Source of the DNA: an uncultured Acidimicrobiaceae bacterium
Lineage (GTDB): Bacteria > Actinomycetota > Acidimicrobiia > Acidimicrobiales > SZUA-35
Direction of reading: 5' to 3'
Assembly: GCA_947259095.1 (NCBI GenBank)
Contig: CAMYLA010000011.1
Span: 516-64,515, forward strand
DNA length: 64,000 nt
In this document: positions 31,003 to 39,957 of the stretch, piece by piece
How positions within the stretch are numbered: position 1 is the first letter of the stretch
Layout of the letters: every line of letters starts with the position of its first letter
Made by a program: the position numbers and the translations under genes
Notes under the pieces: model-generated
What the model saw: the letters and a program-made list of their open reading frames with translations, nothing else
Database searches by the model: none
Told to the model about the DNA's origin: nothing

Positions 31003-31833
31003 TCAATCCCCGGGCTCGAACCGATCGGCGCCGAAGCTCGGCTCGCGTTTCTCGACAAAGGCTGCCGCCCCCTCCGCCATGTTCTTCGGGATCAGCACCC
31101 GCTGCTGATCCCGCTCCAGGTCGAGTTGCCGGCTGAAGGTGTTGCGACCGGCCTGATCCAGCGCCATGCGGATCCTCGACATCGCCTCCGGGTTGGATCG
31201 GCCGAGCGACGACAAAAGGTCGGCGACCTCGTCGGCCAGGCGCTCGTCGTCCACCACCGACCAGATCAGCCCCCAGGCGGCCGCCTGCTCGGCATCGATC
31301 GGCTGGCCCAGCATCGCCACGGCCCTGGCCCGGGCCGCCCCGATGCGCTGTGGCAGGTGGAAGGTGATGCCCAGATCGGGCACGATGCCGAGCCGGGGGC
31401 CGAAGGTGCAGACGAATCGGGCCGACCGGGCTGCCACGGCGATGTCGCAACCGAGCGCCAGCCCGAGACCACCTCCGGCGACGACGCCGTTGATCTTGGC
31501 CACCGTCGGGACCGGGAGCTCGGCCAGCAGCCGGATCGGCGGATGGAAGACCTCATCCATGCTGCGAGCGATCGCCTCGGCTCGCTCGGCCGGATTGACG
31601 GTGGAGTCCACACCGGAGAGATCGGCGCCGGAGCAGAAGCCCCGGCCGGCGCCGGTGAGCACCACCGCCCGGACCGACCGATCATCGACGACCCGCTGCA
31701 GCGCCCGATGGAGCTCGATCATCAGCTCGTCGTTCATCGAGTTCAAGGTGTCCGGTCGGTTGAGGGTGATCGTCGTCACCCCATCGACCGTCTCGTACAG
31801 GACCGCTGCCTCGGCATCTCCCGACACGGGCAT
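31003..31833 (-). CDS. enoyl-CoA hydratase/isomerase (crotonase) family protein
   Basis: Motifs VVLTGAGRGFCSGADL, INGVVAGGGLGLALGCD and C-terminal EGAAAFVEKR. Confidence 0.85.
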   Translation of the reverse strand: MPVSGDAEAAVLYETVDGVTTITLNRPDTLNSMNDELMIELHRALQRVVDDRSVRAVVLTGAGRGFCSGADLSGVDSTVNPAERAEAIARSMDEVFHPPIRLLAELPVPTVAKINGVVAGGGLGLALGCDIAVAARSARFVCTFGPRLGIVPDLGITFHLPQRIGAARARAVAMLGQPIDAEQAAAWGLIWSVVDDERLADEVADLLSSLGRSNPEAMSRIRMALDQAGRNTFSRQLDLERDQQRVLIPKNMAEGAAAFVEKREPSFGADRFEPGD

Positions 31834-31860
31834 CTCCTCTCCTGGGGGCGGCGGGGCCGC

Positions 31861-32739
31861 TCAGGCCGCCTGCAACTTCTCGCCGTCGATGGTGATGCGA
31901 TGCATGAGCCGCCGCTGGCCGTGGTAGTCGTTCAGGGCCCGATGCTGCACAGCCCGGTTGTCCCACACCGCCATGGCACCGGCCGTCCACCGGAACCGAC
32001 AACTGAAGACCTCCATTGCTCCATGGCGGTAGAGGAACTCGAGCAGGGGCTTCGACTCCTCGTCGGTCCAGCCTTCGAACCGCAGGGTGAAGTCGGTGTT
32101 CACATACAGGCAGGGACGACCGGAAAGCGGATGCTCGATCACCACCGGATGGGTCGCGTCCTGGGTTGCGGCTTCGGCGTTCCCGATGCGACCGGCGATG
32201 TCGTTGCCGTTCGGGCCGGCTGTGGGCTGCGGCGATTCGAGTGCGCCGAAGACATGCCGGCTCGAGTGTTCGGCCCGCAGGTTCCGCAGCGTGGCCTTCA
32301 TGCCATTGGACAGGGCGTCGTAGGCGGCGGCCATCCCGGCAAAGCAGGTGTCTCCGCCCAGGGTCGGCACCTCCCGGGCGTAGAGCAACGAACCCATGGC
32401 CGGGACCTGATCGTAGGAATGGTCGGTATGCCAGTTCACACCGATGTTGCGCGTCTGGTCCGGCTCCTTGCGGACCTCGGCGATCTGGGGATGGCCGTCG
32501 ACCGGTTTGAAAAACCGGTTGACGTTGATCTCCCCCCACCGTTCGGCGAATGCGATGTGCTGGTCCGGCGTGATGTCCTGATCCCGGAGAAAGATCACAC
32601 CATTGTCGATGAAGGCCCGGCGGATCTCGGCCATCTGGTCTTCGGAAACGCCGGCGGCGATGTCGACCCCGCCGATCTCGGCGCCGACCGCCGGCGACAA
32701 CCGGTCGACGGTGATGGTCTGATAGCTGGTCTCGGCCAT
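31861..32739 (-). CDS. TauD/TfdA-family Fe(II)/2-oxoglutarate dioxygenase
   Basis: The H-x-D facial-triad motif is visible in WHTDHSY, and WDNRAVQHRA lies near the C-terminus. Confidence 0.85.
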   Translation of the reverse strand: MAETSYQTITVDRLSPAVGAEIGGVDIAAGVSEDQMAEIRRAFIDNGVIFLRDQDITPDQHIAFAERWGEINVNRFFKPVDGHPQIAEVRKEPDQTRNIGVNWHTDHSYDQVPAMGSLLYAREVPTLGGDTCFAGMAAAYDALSNGMKATLRNLRAEHSSRHVFGALESPQPTAGPNGNDIAGRIGNAEAATQDATHPVVIEHPLSGRPCLYVNTDFTLRFEGWTDEESKPLLEFLYRHGAMEVFSCRFRWTAGAMAVWDNRAVQHRALNDYHGQRRLMHRITIDGEKLQAA

Positions 32740-32862
32740 GGTGGAACCTCCGTCAGCGCCCCTGTGCGATATGCCAACAACAGTACGGCCAACCGGCGCC
32801 GGCCCACCAGCCGGTGCCGTGCGGTCGATCGGTTCGAGTTCGCTTCGGGAAGACCTGGCGTG

Positions 32863-35004
32863 TCAGGTCCGATCGGGCTGTGGAATCTCGGCGATTGCGC
32901 TCAGTGGACCGTTGACGGCGTAGGCAGCGATGTTGTCAGCGAGACCGGGGAGTTCGGCGACCGGTTCGATATCCCATTCGCTCAGGGCCTGTGCCACGTT
33001 CACATCGACCAGTACTTGACCGGGTCCCGCCAGCGAAGCCAGTGTCTCGGCGACGCCGGGCGGGTCGCCCCAGACGCCGAAGGCGAGTTGATCGTCGCCG
33101 AGGACGCCCGTCGCCACATCGCCGGCGGACATGCCGGCCCTGACGTACAGCTGGTGGCCGTACTCGGCGCCGATCTCGGTTGCCAGCTCGGTCATGGCGA
33201 GGGTGAACTCGGCCGCGTCGACCGCCCGAACGTCTTCCTGGTCAAGTCCGGTGAGGAACAGCTGACTGCCGGAGGACTGGCGGATACGCTCGACCCCGTA
33301 GCGCTCCATGATCGCTCCTACTCTCCCGTTCAGCTGTTCCGCGATCTCCAGCTCGAGGTCCGGATCGTCGCCGGCGACTTCGGAAACGTCGACGGTGACG
33401 GAGACAACCGTTGCCGTGTCGACAATGTCCTTAATGGCTCGCTCGCCTTGCCGGACCCGATCGATCAGCCGTTTTGGCAACAGCGCGGCCAGCATGTCGT
33501 TTATGTGTTGCTCTTCGTCGCGGATCGCCTGTTCCTGTGATTCGAGCTGTTGTGCGACGCCTTGGAGCTGGCGCCCCACGTCTCCGAGCTCGTTGTCCCC
33601 AAGGTCCTCCACCTCGCCCTGAAGATCGCCGTCAGCGATCAGCGAGGCGCTTCGCACCAGGGATTTGGCCGGCTTTGTCAGGATGCGGGCGAGGAACGCC
33701 CCCACCAAGGCGATCGTCGGCAGCAGCACCGCCAGGACCAACAAGATGCCGCGCAGGAGCGAGTTGAGCGCATTGTCGGTCTCGGACTCGTCAAGCTCGA
33801 CGACGACCACCCAGCCGAGATCGGCGACCCGAGCGGGGGCTGACGTCGCCAGGGTCTCGATGCCAAGGTAGTTCGACACGGACCCAACGAACTCGGTGCC
33901 GTCCAGGCCTGCCGTGACGGCCTCGTTGTCCACCGATTGCAGGAGAACCGGGGAGCCGATCGTGGCGATCAGATCGGCCTCATCCTGGTCACCGTACTGG
34001 TCCACAAATCGGCGCAGGTAGTCGTCGGGATCCTCGAGCCACGCCCGCGAGTCGGACCGGAGCTGACGGTCGACACCCACGATGTAGCTTTCCCCGGTAT
34101 CGCCGAGACCGAGCAGCTCCCAATCCTGCTGCGCGGTCATGGCGGCGGTCACCACCTCGACCGGCACCTCGGTGACGATGGCGCCGACAACCTCTCGTTC
34201 CGATCGGATCGCCGCCGCGAGGAAGAACACGGGGTCCCCCGCCGTCGGGACATAGAAGACACTGTCGGACACGACGGTGTCGCCGACGGCCACCGTTGTC
34301 AGTTTGTCGAGGACCTCACCGAGCCCAGCCTTCACACCGTCGACGTTGTTGGCGTACGGCCCGGTCAGCCCATTGGTACCGAACTCAATTCGCTTCTTCG
34401 TCGAGTACACGACATTGCCATCGGCGTCCACAAGGAAGAGGTCGGCCGTGCCGGCGTTCTCCATCAGAGACCGCAGCAGCGGGTGGTGTTCGGCGTGGGC
34501 CGCGCTGTAGCCCGAGCCGTCGCCGGCATCGTCGAGCCGATCGCGCTCGTCGAAGCCGTTCGGGTTCTGGGCGATGTAGCGAGACTGGAGGTAGCGGCCC
34601 GCTGCGGACTGTGGCACGAGATCAATCGCCGGGAGATCGACGCCGGCGTCGACGATCGGCGGGAGGAATTCGGTGTCGTAGACCGCGACGAGTTCACCGA
34701 TCTCCTCCGACGTCGCATCTCCGTCGATCTGTTGGAACTCGTTCGACAGGTCGACGAGGGCGGCCTCGACACTCGAGTTGGCGGCCAGCGCCGAGACTCG
34801 GGATTGCAGGCGGGCCATGCCGGCTTCGAGGGCTTCCACGCGCCCATCGCGCACCGCAGTGAGCTGAGACTGCACGGTGTCGTCGATCAGCCTGCTGGCA
34901 AAGACGTAGATAACAGCTGAGAGCAGGAGCACTGCGACGAGGGCGAGGCCGATCAGCGCAGTCGAGAGTCGCCGGCGGAGGCTGGTGGGACGGGCTCGGT
35001 TCAT
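32863..35004 (-). CDS. membrane sensor: TM - double-Cache-like extracytoplasmic domain - TM - HAMP - class III cyclase-homology domain (apparently degenerate)
   Basis: A 713-aa protein. N-terminal TM (LIGLALVAVLLLSAVIYVF), then about 380 aa of periplasmic-type sequence, then a second TM (GILLVLAVLLPTIALVGAFLA). HAMP follows (LTKPAKSLVRSASLIADGDL...), then a C-terminal CHD-like region (...GVWGDPPGVAETLAS...). ATG 35004 overlaps the channel gene's TGA as ATGA. Confidence 0.75.
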   Translation of the reverse strand: MNRARPTSLRRRLSTALIGLALVAVLLLSAVIYVFASRLIDDTVQSQLTAVRDGRVEALEAGMARLQSRVSALAANSSVEAALVDLSNEFQQIDGDATSEEIGELVAVYDTEFLPPIVDAGVDLPAIDLVPQSAAGRYLQSRYIAQNPNGFDERDRLDDAGDGSGYSAAHAEHHPLLRSLMENAGTADLFLVDADGNVVYSTKKRIEFGTNGLTGPYANNVDGVKAGLGEVLDKLTTVAVGDTVVSDSVFYVPTAGDPVFFLAAAIRSEREVVGAIVTEVPVEVVTAAMTAQQDWELLGLGDTGESYIVGVDRQLRSDSRAWLEDPDDYLRRFVDQYGDQDEADLIATIGSPVLLQSVDNEAVTAGLDGTEFVGSVSNYLGIETLATSAPARVADLGWVVVVELDESETDNALNSLLRGILLVLAVLLPTIALVGAFLARILTKPAKSLVRSASLIADGDLQGEVEDLGDNELGDVGRQLQGVAQQLESQEQAIRDEEQHINDMLAALLPKRLIDRVRQGERAIKDIVDTATVVSVTVDVSEVAGDDPDLELEIAEQLNGRVGAIMERYGVERIRQSSGSQLFLTGLDQEDVRAVDAAEFTLAMTELATEIGAEYGHQLYVRAGMSAGDVATGVLGDDQLAFGVWGDPPGVAETLASLAGPGQVLVDVNVAQALSEWDIEPVAELPGLADNIAAYAVNGPLSAIAEIPQPDRT

Positions 35005-36524
35005 GACCCTTCACCCGGCGGTCCTGTCGGTCCTGTCGGCGCCGACAATGAGTCGCCCTCACCATCACCGACGGATCGGCGCAGCACGCGTTCGATGCGC
35101 CGCCGCCTCGTGACCGCCAGCTGATCGAGCACGGCGGCCAGATCAGGGACGGCCAAGACCGCGCGAGCGGCGGCCTCAGGCGGAACCCTCACCACATCAC
35201 AGTCGGTCGCGGCGATGACCACCGGGGACCCGCCGCCCTCAGGCGGCTCGGCCAGCACGCCGACAAAGTCGCCGGCCTCGATATCCAACACGTCCAGATC
35301 TTCGGCGTCGTCCCGTCGGAGCGCCAGCCGGGCCCGGCCCTGATGGAGCAGCAACAAGTCGCGCTGAGCACCCTCCACGATGATGGTCTCACCTCGCTGG
35401 TACTGGACCAGGGACGCTGCGGCCGCCAAATGGTCGAGGACGTCGTCATCGACGGCGCGCAGGAGCGGCATGTCGGCAATGCGCCTGCGAAGATCGGCCG
35501 CGGTGACCTGGTTCTCGATCGCCGTCTGCGCGCCGTCGAACAAGTAGAGATCCTGCGCCGGATTGGGGAGGGGGACGTCGTGGCGATACGACAGATACCA
35601 GACGAGCGCGCCGAAGTCAGCCTTCACCCGTTTGGCGATCGTGTAGTCCTCGATCCACATGAACGCCTCGTAGTCGACGACCGGGTCGGCCATCTGGCTG
35701 ACCCTGGCGGACGGTGGCGGGTCCTCAACGACTCCTGGGGTCGAGCGGGCGGCGTCGATCAGCATCTCGATCGCTGCGGTCGGCGGCGCTGATCGCTCGA
35801 TCTGCACGGGGACCATCACCCTGTGGAACCGGTTCGGTTGGTCGAAGTTGGTGATGGTCGCTTTGGCCAGCGTTGCGTTCGGGATGACGACCAGGTCGCC
35901 GTTACGGTCCTGGATCCGGGACGAGCGCCAGTTGATGTCGATCACCCGGCCCTCGACGCCCTCGGATTCGATCCAGTCACCGGGCCCGAAGGGCTGATCG
36001 GCGAGCAGGGTGAAACCGGAGGCAATTCCGCTCAGCGTGTCCTGCAGCGCAAAGGAGATCACCAGCGAGGTCACGCCGAGCGCGGTGAGTGCGGCCGAGA
36101 GATCGACGCCCCACACCCCGGCGATGAGCAGCCAAGCAGTGGCCAGGATGAGCAGCAGCCGAGGGAGGGCCAGCAACAGCCGAGGGACCGGACGCCCGCC
36201 GGACCGCCGAGGTCGGCCGGCCAGGTCGGCGACGACCACCCGAAGCGCCGACAGTCCGGCCGTTGCGCCGGCGAGGAGCACGGCGCTGCCAAGCAGCTGC
36301 AGCCAGAGGTTGTCGTCCTCGACGTCGAGCAGCACCCGAGCCAACACCCACAGCGTCAGCAGCGGCACAACCCACGCACCGACTGTCGAGACTGTGGCTT
36401 GGAACCGTGAATCGCGTTGGCGCAACCGCTCCTGAAGCTCACCGACGCCGATGATCAACAGCGGCAGGACGATGATGATCAGCCCGGCCAGCGCGGCGTT
36501 CGAGTCGAGGAACAGCGTGCTCAT
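35001..36524 (-). CDS. MscS-family mechanosensitive channel fused to a C-terminal cyclic-nucleotide-binding-like domain
   Basis: The TM3/beta-domain signature reads SFALQDTLSGIASGFTLLADQPFGPGDWIESEGVEGRVIDINWRSSRIQDRNGDLVVIPNA. The C-terminal region is CNB-like (LVQYQRGETIIVEG...LDIEAGDFVGVLAE...VVIAATDCDVVRV). ATGA overlaps occur at both ends of the gene. Confidence 0.8.
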   Translation of the reverse strand: MSTLFLDSNAALAGLIIIVLPLLIIGVGELQERLRQRDSRFQATVSTVGAWVVPLLTLWVLARVLLDVEDDNLWLQLLGSAVLLAGATAGLSALRVVVADLAGRPRRSGGRPVPRLLLALPRLLLILATAWLLIAGVWGVDLSAALTALGVTSLVISFALQDTLSGIASGFTLLADQPFGPGDWIESEGVEGRVIDINWRSSRIQDRNGDLVVIPNATLAKATITNFDQPNRFHRVMVPVQIERSAPPTAAIEMLIDAARSTPGVVEDPPPSARVSQMADPVVDYEAFMWIEDYTIAKRVKADFGALVWYLSYRHDVPLPNPAQDLYLFDGAQTAIENQVTAADLRRRIADMPLLRAVDDDVLDHLAAAASLVQYQRGETIIVEGAQRDLLLLHQGRARLALRRDDAEDLDVLDIEAGDFVGVLAEPPEGGGSPVVIAATDCDVVRVPPEAAARAVLAVPDLAAVLDQLAVTRRRRIERVLRRSVGDGEGDSLSAPTGPTGPPGEGS

Positions 36525-38695
36525 CGCACTGCCTCGCCCTCGATCGCCCGTCCCGACACGATGGCCGTGCCGCGGCCGTCGACCACGTCGATGCGGTCCT
36601 CGATTGCGAAGCGTGTCGGCAACTGTGTCCGGACCTCAGTGGAGACCGTCACTTCATTCCAGCTGCTGCGCCTGGCCAGATCCGCCGCCCGTTGTACCGT
36701 GGTTCCCCAGGCGTCGTACACGAGCCCCGAGCCGCCAGTGAGTCCGACGGTCACCGGCCCGGAGTCGACACCCACCTTCATCGAGATGACCTGGCCGTCG
36801 TCACCGAGATCGGCGACGAGGTCACGTACATCCAGCACGAACGACACCGCTCGCGCCGCGTGGTCGATGTGTGGTCGAATCGTGCCGCAGGCGGCAACGT
36901 AGGCGTCACCGGTGAGCCGGATCCGTTCGAGACCGCGTTGTTTGGCCAACGCGTCGGTCTCCTCGACGACGCGATCGAGCAGCGCCCGGGCTTCGTCGGT
37001 TGAACCGGCTCGCATCAGCGATCCGAGCCCGCCGATCACCAGAACCACGACCGTGGCCTGCGCCACCTGATCGACCACATTCTCTTCTCCGGCCTCGGCT
37101 CGCTGGGCGGCCTGCGGGGGGAGGATTTGCCGCAGTAAGCGACGCCGCTCGGCCGCCCGCTCGGTGGCGGCGGCATATCGGGCCGCCAGCGTTTCCAGCA
37201 TGGTGTCGATGTCGCCGGCGAGGCCGACAAATTCCGTTGGGCTGTTGGCCGGGAGCGCGGCCGAGCTCACGCCTTTTTCGATCCGGTCGCCGGCCCGTAC
37301 CGCCCTCAGCTTGGTGGAGATGATCCGCAGGGGCTGGAGGAGGCGATCAGCCCATCGCACGGCAATGAAGGTGACCGCCACGAGAAACAAGGCAATCGCT
37401 ATCAGCAGGTTGCGAACGAACTCCTCGATCGGCGCGTCCAGCTCCTGAAGCTCGACCTCTGTGAGCAACGCCCACTCCAGCCCCTCGATGTCGAGGGCAC
37501 GACGAGCTTGGAGGACATCGGCACCGAGGTAGTTGGTGCTGTCCACGAAACCGGGCTCCTCGTCGAGGGCGCGAGCGACGTCCTGGTCGTCGATCGGCTG
37601 CAACAAGACGGTCGTCCCGAGCATCGCCATCGATGCGGTCTGGCTTTCGGTTGCCGTCCCGGCGGCTGTCACCGCCGACAGATACGAGCTCTCGTCCTCG
37701 ATGAAACCGCGTGCGTCTGAGCGCATCAGGCTGTCGCCGGCAACCACGTACGTCTCGCCGGTGTCGCCAAGTGCTTCCCATGAGCCGTCGTCGGTGGTGA
37801 TCGAGCTGATCCGATCGGGACCGATTCGGATTGCAGCGAATCCGGCAAGAGCCCCGTTGGCGAAAACGGGGCTGGCGATGAACAGGCTGGGCTCGTCGCC
37901 CGCCGCGGTGTAGCTGGTGAAGTCTTCGATCACGGCCACACCGGGTTCGGGATCGGGGCCGAAGGAGCTGATGAGGGCGGCCAGCGCAGTCCCACTCTGT
38001 GAGCCGGTAAGGAGGCTGGTGGCGAAGTCGATGTCCTTCGCCGTGGAGTACACGATGGTCTGTTGCTCCGGCTCGATGAGGTAGAGGTCGTCCACACCGA
38101 AGCGGGTCGCGAACGCCAGAGCAGACTGGTTGATGGCGCTGTGCAGCTCGGACCAGCGGCTCCCGTCACCGGCGTCGTTGAGCAAGCCTCCATCGCCGCC
38201 GTCGGGGACGATGTAGTTGGCCTGGAGGTGGATGGCAGCCGGGTCACGAGGAAAGAGGCTGGCGGCAGCGACGGGCCGTCCGCGAACAGCTGACAGCGAC
38301 GGTGCGACCGTCTCGACGTAGTACTCCTCGAGGGCGCTCCGGTCGCTGCCCGACGGCGCCTCGCTCTGCAGCTCTCGATAGGCGTCGGCGAGCTCGTCGA
38401 TCGCCTGGGCGGTGCCGGGACTGATCGCTTGTGAGATCAACGCTCGCTCGAGCCCGCCGATATAGAGCTCGACCTGATCTGCGCGCGACGCGCCGATCGA
38501 CGTGGTTCGTGCCAGGAGAAGTTCGTCGGTGATCTCGCCACCGCGCGCCAGCCCCACGGCCGCCGTGATCACCAGCGAGACGAGAGCGACCAGGAGCACG
38601 ACCAGCGACAACCGGGTTGCGACCGAGATGTTTCTGGCGATTCGACCCGGGGCGGCCCGAAGCCGTGCCAGTCTGGAAGATCCTGGTTCGGTCAT
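36521..38695 (-). CDS. membrane sensor: TM - Cache-like extracytoplasmic domain - TM - HAMP - class III cyclase-homology domain (apparently degenerate)
   Basis: A 724-aa protein with the same architecture as 32863..35004. TM1 is LSLVVLLVALVSLVITAAVGL and TM2 is LLIAIALFLVAVTFIAV. The HAMP/coiled coil is followed by a CHD with IRLTGDAYVAACG and YDAWGTTVQRAADLA. Confidence 0.75.
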   Translation of the reverse strand: MTEPGSSRLARLRAAPGRIARNISVATRLSLVVLLVALVSLVITAAVGLARGGEITDELLLARTTSIGASRADQVELYIGGLERALISQAISPGTAQAIDELADAYRELQSEAPSGSDRSALEEYYVETVAPSLSAVRGRPVAAASLFPRDPAAIHLQANYIVPDGGDGGLLNDAGDGSRWSELHSAINQSALAFATRFGVDDLYLIEPEQQTIVYSTAKDIDFATSLLTGSQSGTALAALISSFGPDPEPGVAVIEDFTSYTAAGDEPSLFIASPVFANGALAGFAAIRIGPDRISSITTDDGSWEALGDTGETYVVAGDSLMRSDARGFIEDESSYLSAVTAAGTATESQTASMAMLGTTVLLQPIDDQDVARALDEEPGFVDSTNYLGADVLQARRALDIEGLEWALLTEVELQELDAPIEEFVRNLLIAIALFLVAVTFIAVRWADRLLQPLRIISTKLRAVRAGDRIEKGVSSAALPANSPTEFVGLAGDIDTMLETLAARYAAATERAAERRRLLRQILPPQAAQRAEAGEENVVDQVAQATVVVLVIGGLGSLMRAGSTDEARALLDRVVEETDALAKQRGLERIRLTGDAYVAACGTIRPHIDHAARAVSFVLDVRDLVADLGDDGQVISMKVGVDSGPVTVGLTGGSGLVYDAWGTTVQRAADLARRSSWNEVTVSTEVRTQLPTRFAIEDRIDVVDGRGTAIVSGRAIEGEAVR

Positions 38696-38939
38696 GTTGG
38701 CTGACCGGGCCCTATGCGTGGGGCTCGTTGCCGTGGCGTCTTGCCGACCCCAGCGACTTCCCGGCTTGCCAAGATGGGTTGACCAGGCCCGCGATCGAAT
38801 CCTCCACGGAAGGACTATAACTTACCTTCGAGAAAAGGGGACGATCGGCGTCGGGACGGGCAGCGACAAGGAGCTGCGCCGCCTCTTCGGTGTCGCAGGG
38901 CTGAGCTGGCCGGACCACCGGTTCTTGACTGCGTCGGCC

Positions 38940-39947
38940 TCAGATGACAAAGGTGTCGCCGATGGCTTCCTCGCTCTTGCTCCAGAGAAGGTCGCGCGTC
39001 TCGGCGTTGTCGTAGAAGGATTCGAGAGCGAACGGCTCGGCCTTGCCTTTGAACGCACTGCTGCCGGAGCCGGGTCCGTAGAACTGACCGGACTCTGCGC
39101 TTGGCAGACACATGCAGCTCAAGATGCCCATCGCCCCGTCTTCTGGACTCTGGCTGAATCTCATGAACAACCCGGTGAAGAAGCTCCCCATACCGCCTTC
39201 TCTGACCGACGTCAGTTGCAGGTGCGTATTCGCCAATCCGGGGTGAGCCACGAGCGCCTTGATATTCGATCCCCTCTGCTGCAAGCGGTCGTGAAGCGCG
39301 GCGGTGAAGGCTGCGTTCGCCAATTTCGATTGGTTGTAGCGAATCCAGCGCGCTCCTCGGAACATGAGATTCTCCATCTGCGACCCATCGCCACCGAGCC
39401 GTCCGCCGTTTTCCTCCAGGTAGTCGGGGAGGAGTGTCTTGCCGGGGCTCATCCTGGCGATGCTGGAGTGGTTGACGATCCGGGCTTCGCCAGACGCATC
39501 TGCGGCCCGCTCCAACAACGGCATCAACTCACGCGCCAGCACGAAATGTGAGAGGTGATTGGTCTGCATCTGCACGTCGAAGCCGTCGGCGGTTGCTGTG
39601 TCAGCCAGCGCCATGACGCCGGCGTTGTTGCACAGGACATGCACTCCTTCGGGGCAGATTTCCCGGACGAGGGTGGCAGCGGCCCTCACAGAGGCGAAGG
39701 ACTGGAGGTCGCATTCGACACTCTGGAGTTCGGCGTCGGGACACGCGGTTGTGAGCTCGGCGAAGCTGGCGGTCGATCGGTCGGAGGCTCGATTGAGCAC
39801 GAGGACTTTCGCTCCGAGTTCGGCCAGGGTGAGAGCGGCCACCTTGCCGGTGCCCGATGTTGTGCCCGTGATGACCGCAGTCTTGCCGGTCATCGATGGG
39901 AGACTCGATCGAAACGTGGGGAAGTGTTTTGAGGGCGTCGTGGTCAT
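38940..39947 (-). CDS. short-chain dehydrogenase/reductase (SDR), WWOX/retinol-dehydrogenase-like
   Basis: Cofactor motif GKTAVITGTTSGTGK, NNAGVM, and Y-x3-K in YNQSKLAN. GC is clearly lower: 59/100 in a hand-counted sample versus about 72/100 elsewhere. The start is ATG 39947 or ATG 39893. Confidence 0.8.
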   Translation of the reverse strand: MTTTPSKHFPTFRSSLPSMTGKTAVITGTTSGTGKVAALTLAELGAKVLVLNRASDRSTASFAELTTACPDAELQSVECDLQSFASVRAAATLVREICPEGVHVLCNNAGVMALADTATADGFDVQMQTNHLSHFVLARELMPLLERAADASGEARIVNHSSIARMSPGKTLLPDYLEENGGRLGGDGSQMENLMFRGARWIRYNQSKLANAAFTAALHDRLQQRGSNIKALVAHPGLANTHLQLTSVREGGMGSFFTGLFMRFSQSPEDGAMGILSCMCLPSAESGQFYGPGSGSSAFKGKAEPFALESFYDNAETRDLLWSKSEEAIGDTFVI

Positions 39948-39957
39948 GATCGGGCTT

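Noticed and set aside
32863-38695. The cyclase / CNB-membrane protein / cyclase trio interpreted as a Pycsar- or CBASS-like anti-phage system.
   Set aside because: The cyclase-homology proteins are large membrane sensors with extracytoplasmic Cache-like and HAMP domains. The effector is a bona fide MscS-family channel. There is no defence-island context. An environmental-sensing role, or a pseudo-enzyme scaffold, is more plausible. The analogy is kept only as a remark in the finding.
38502-39551. A 349-aa plus-strand ORF across the cyclase/SDR junction.
   Set aside because: It runs antisense to the SDR gene, which has clear TGxxxGxG, NNAG and YxxxK motifs. Its own translation has no motif and crosses an intergenic region.
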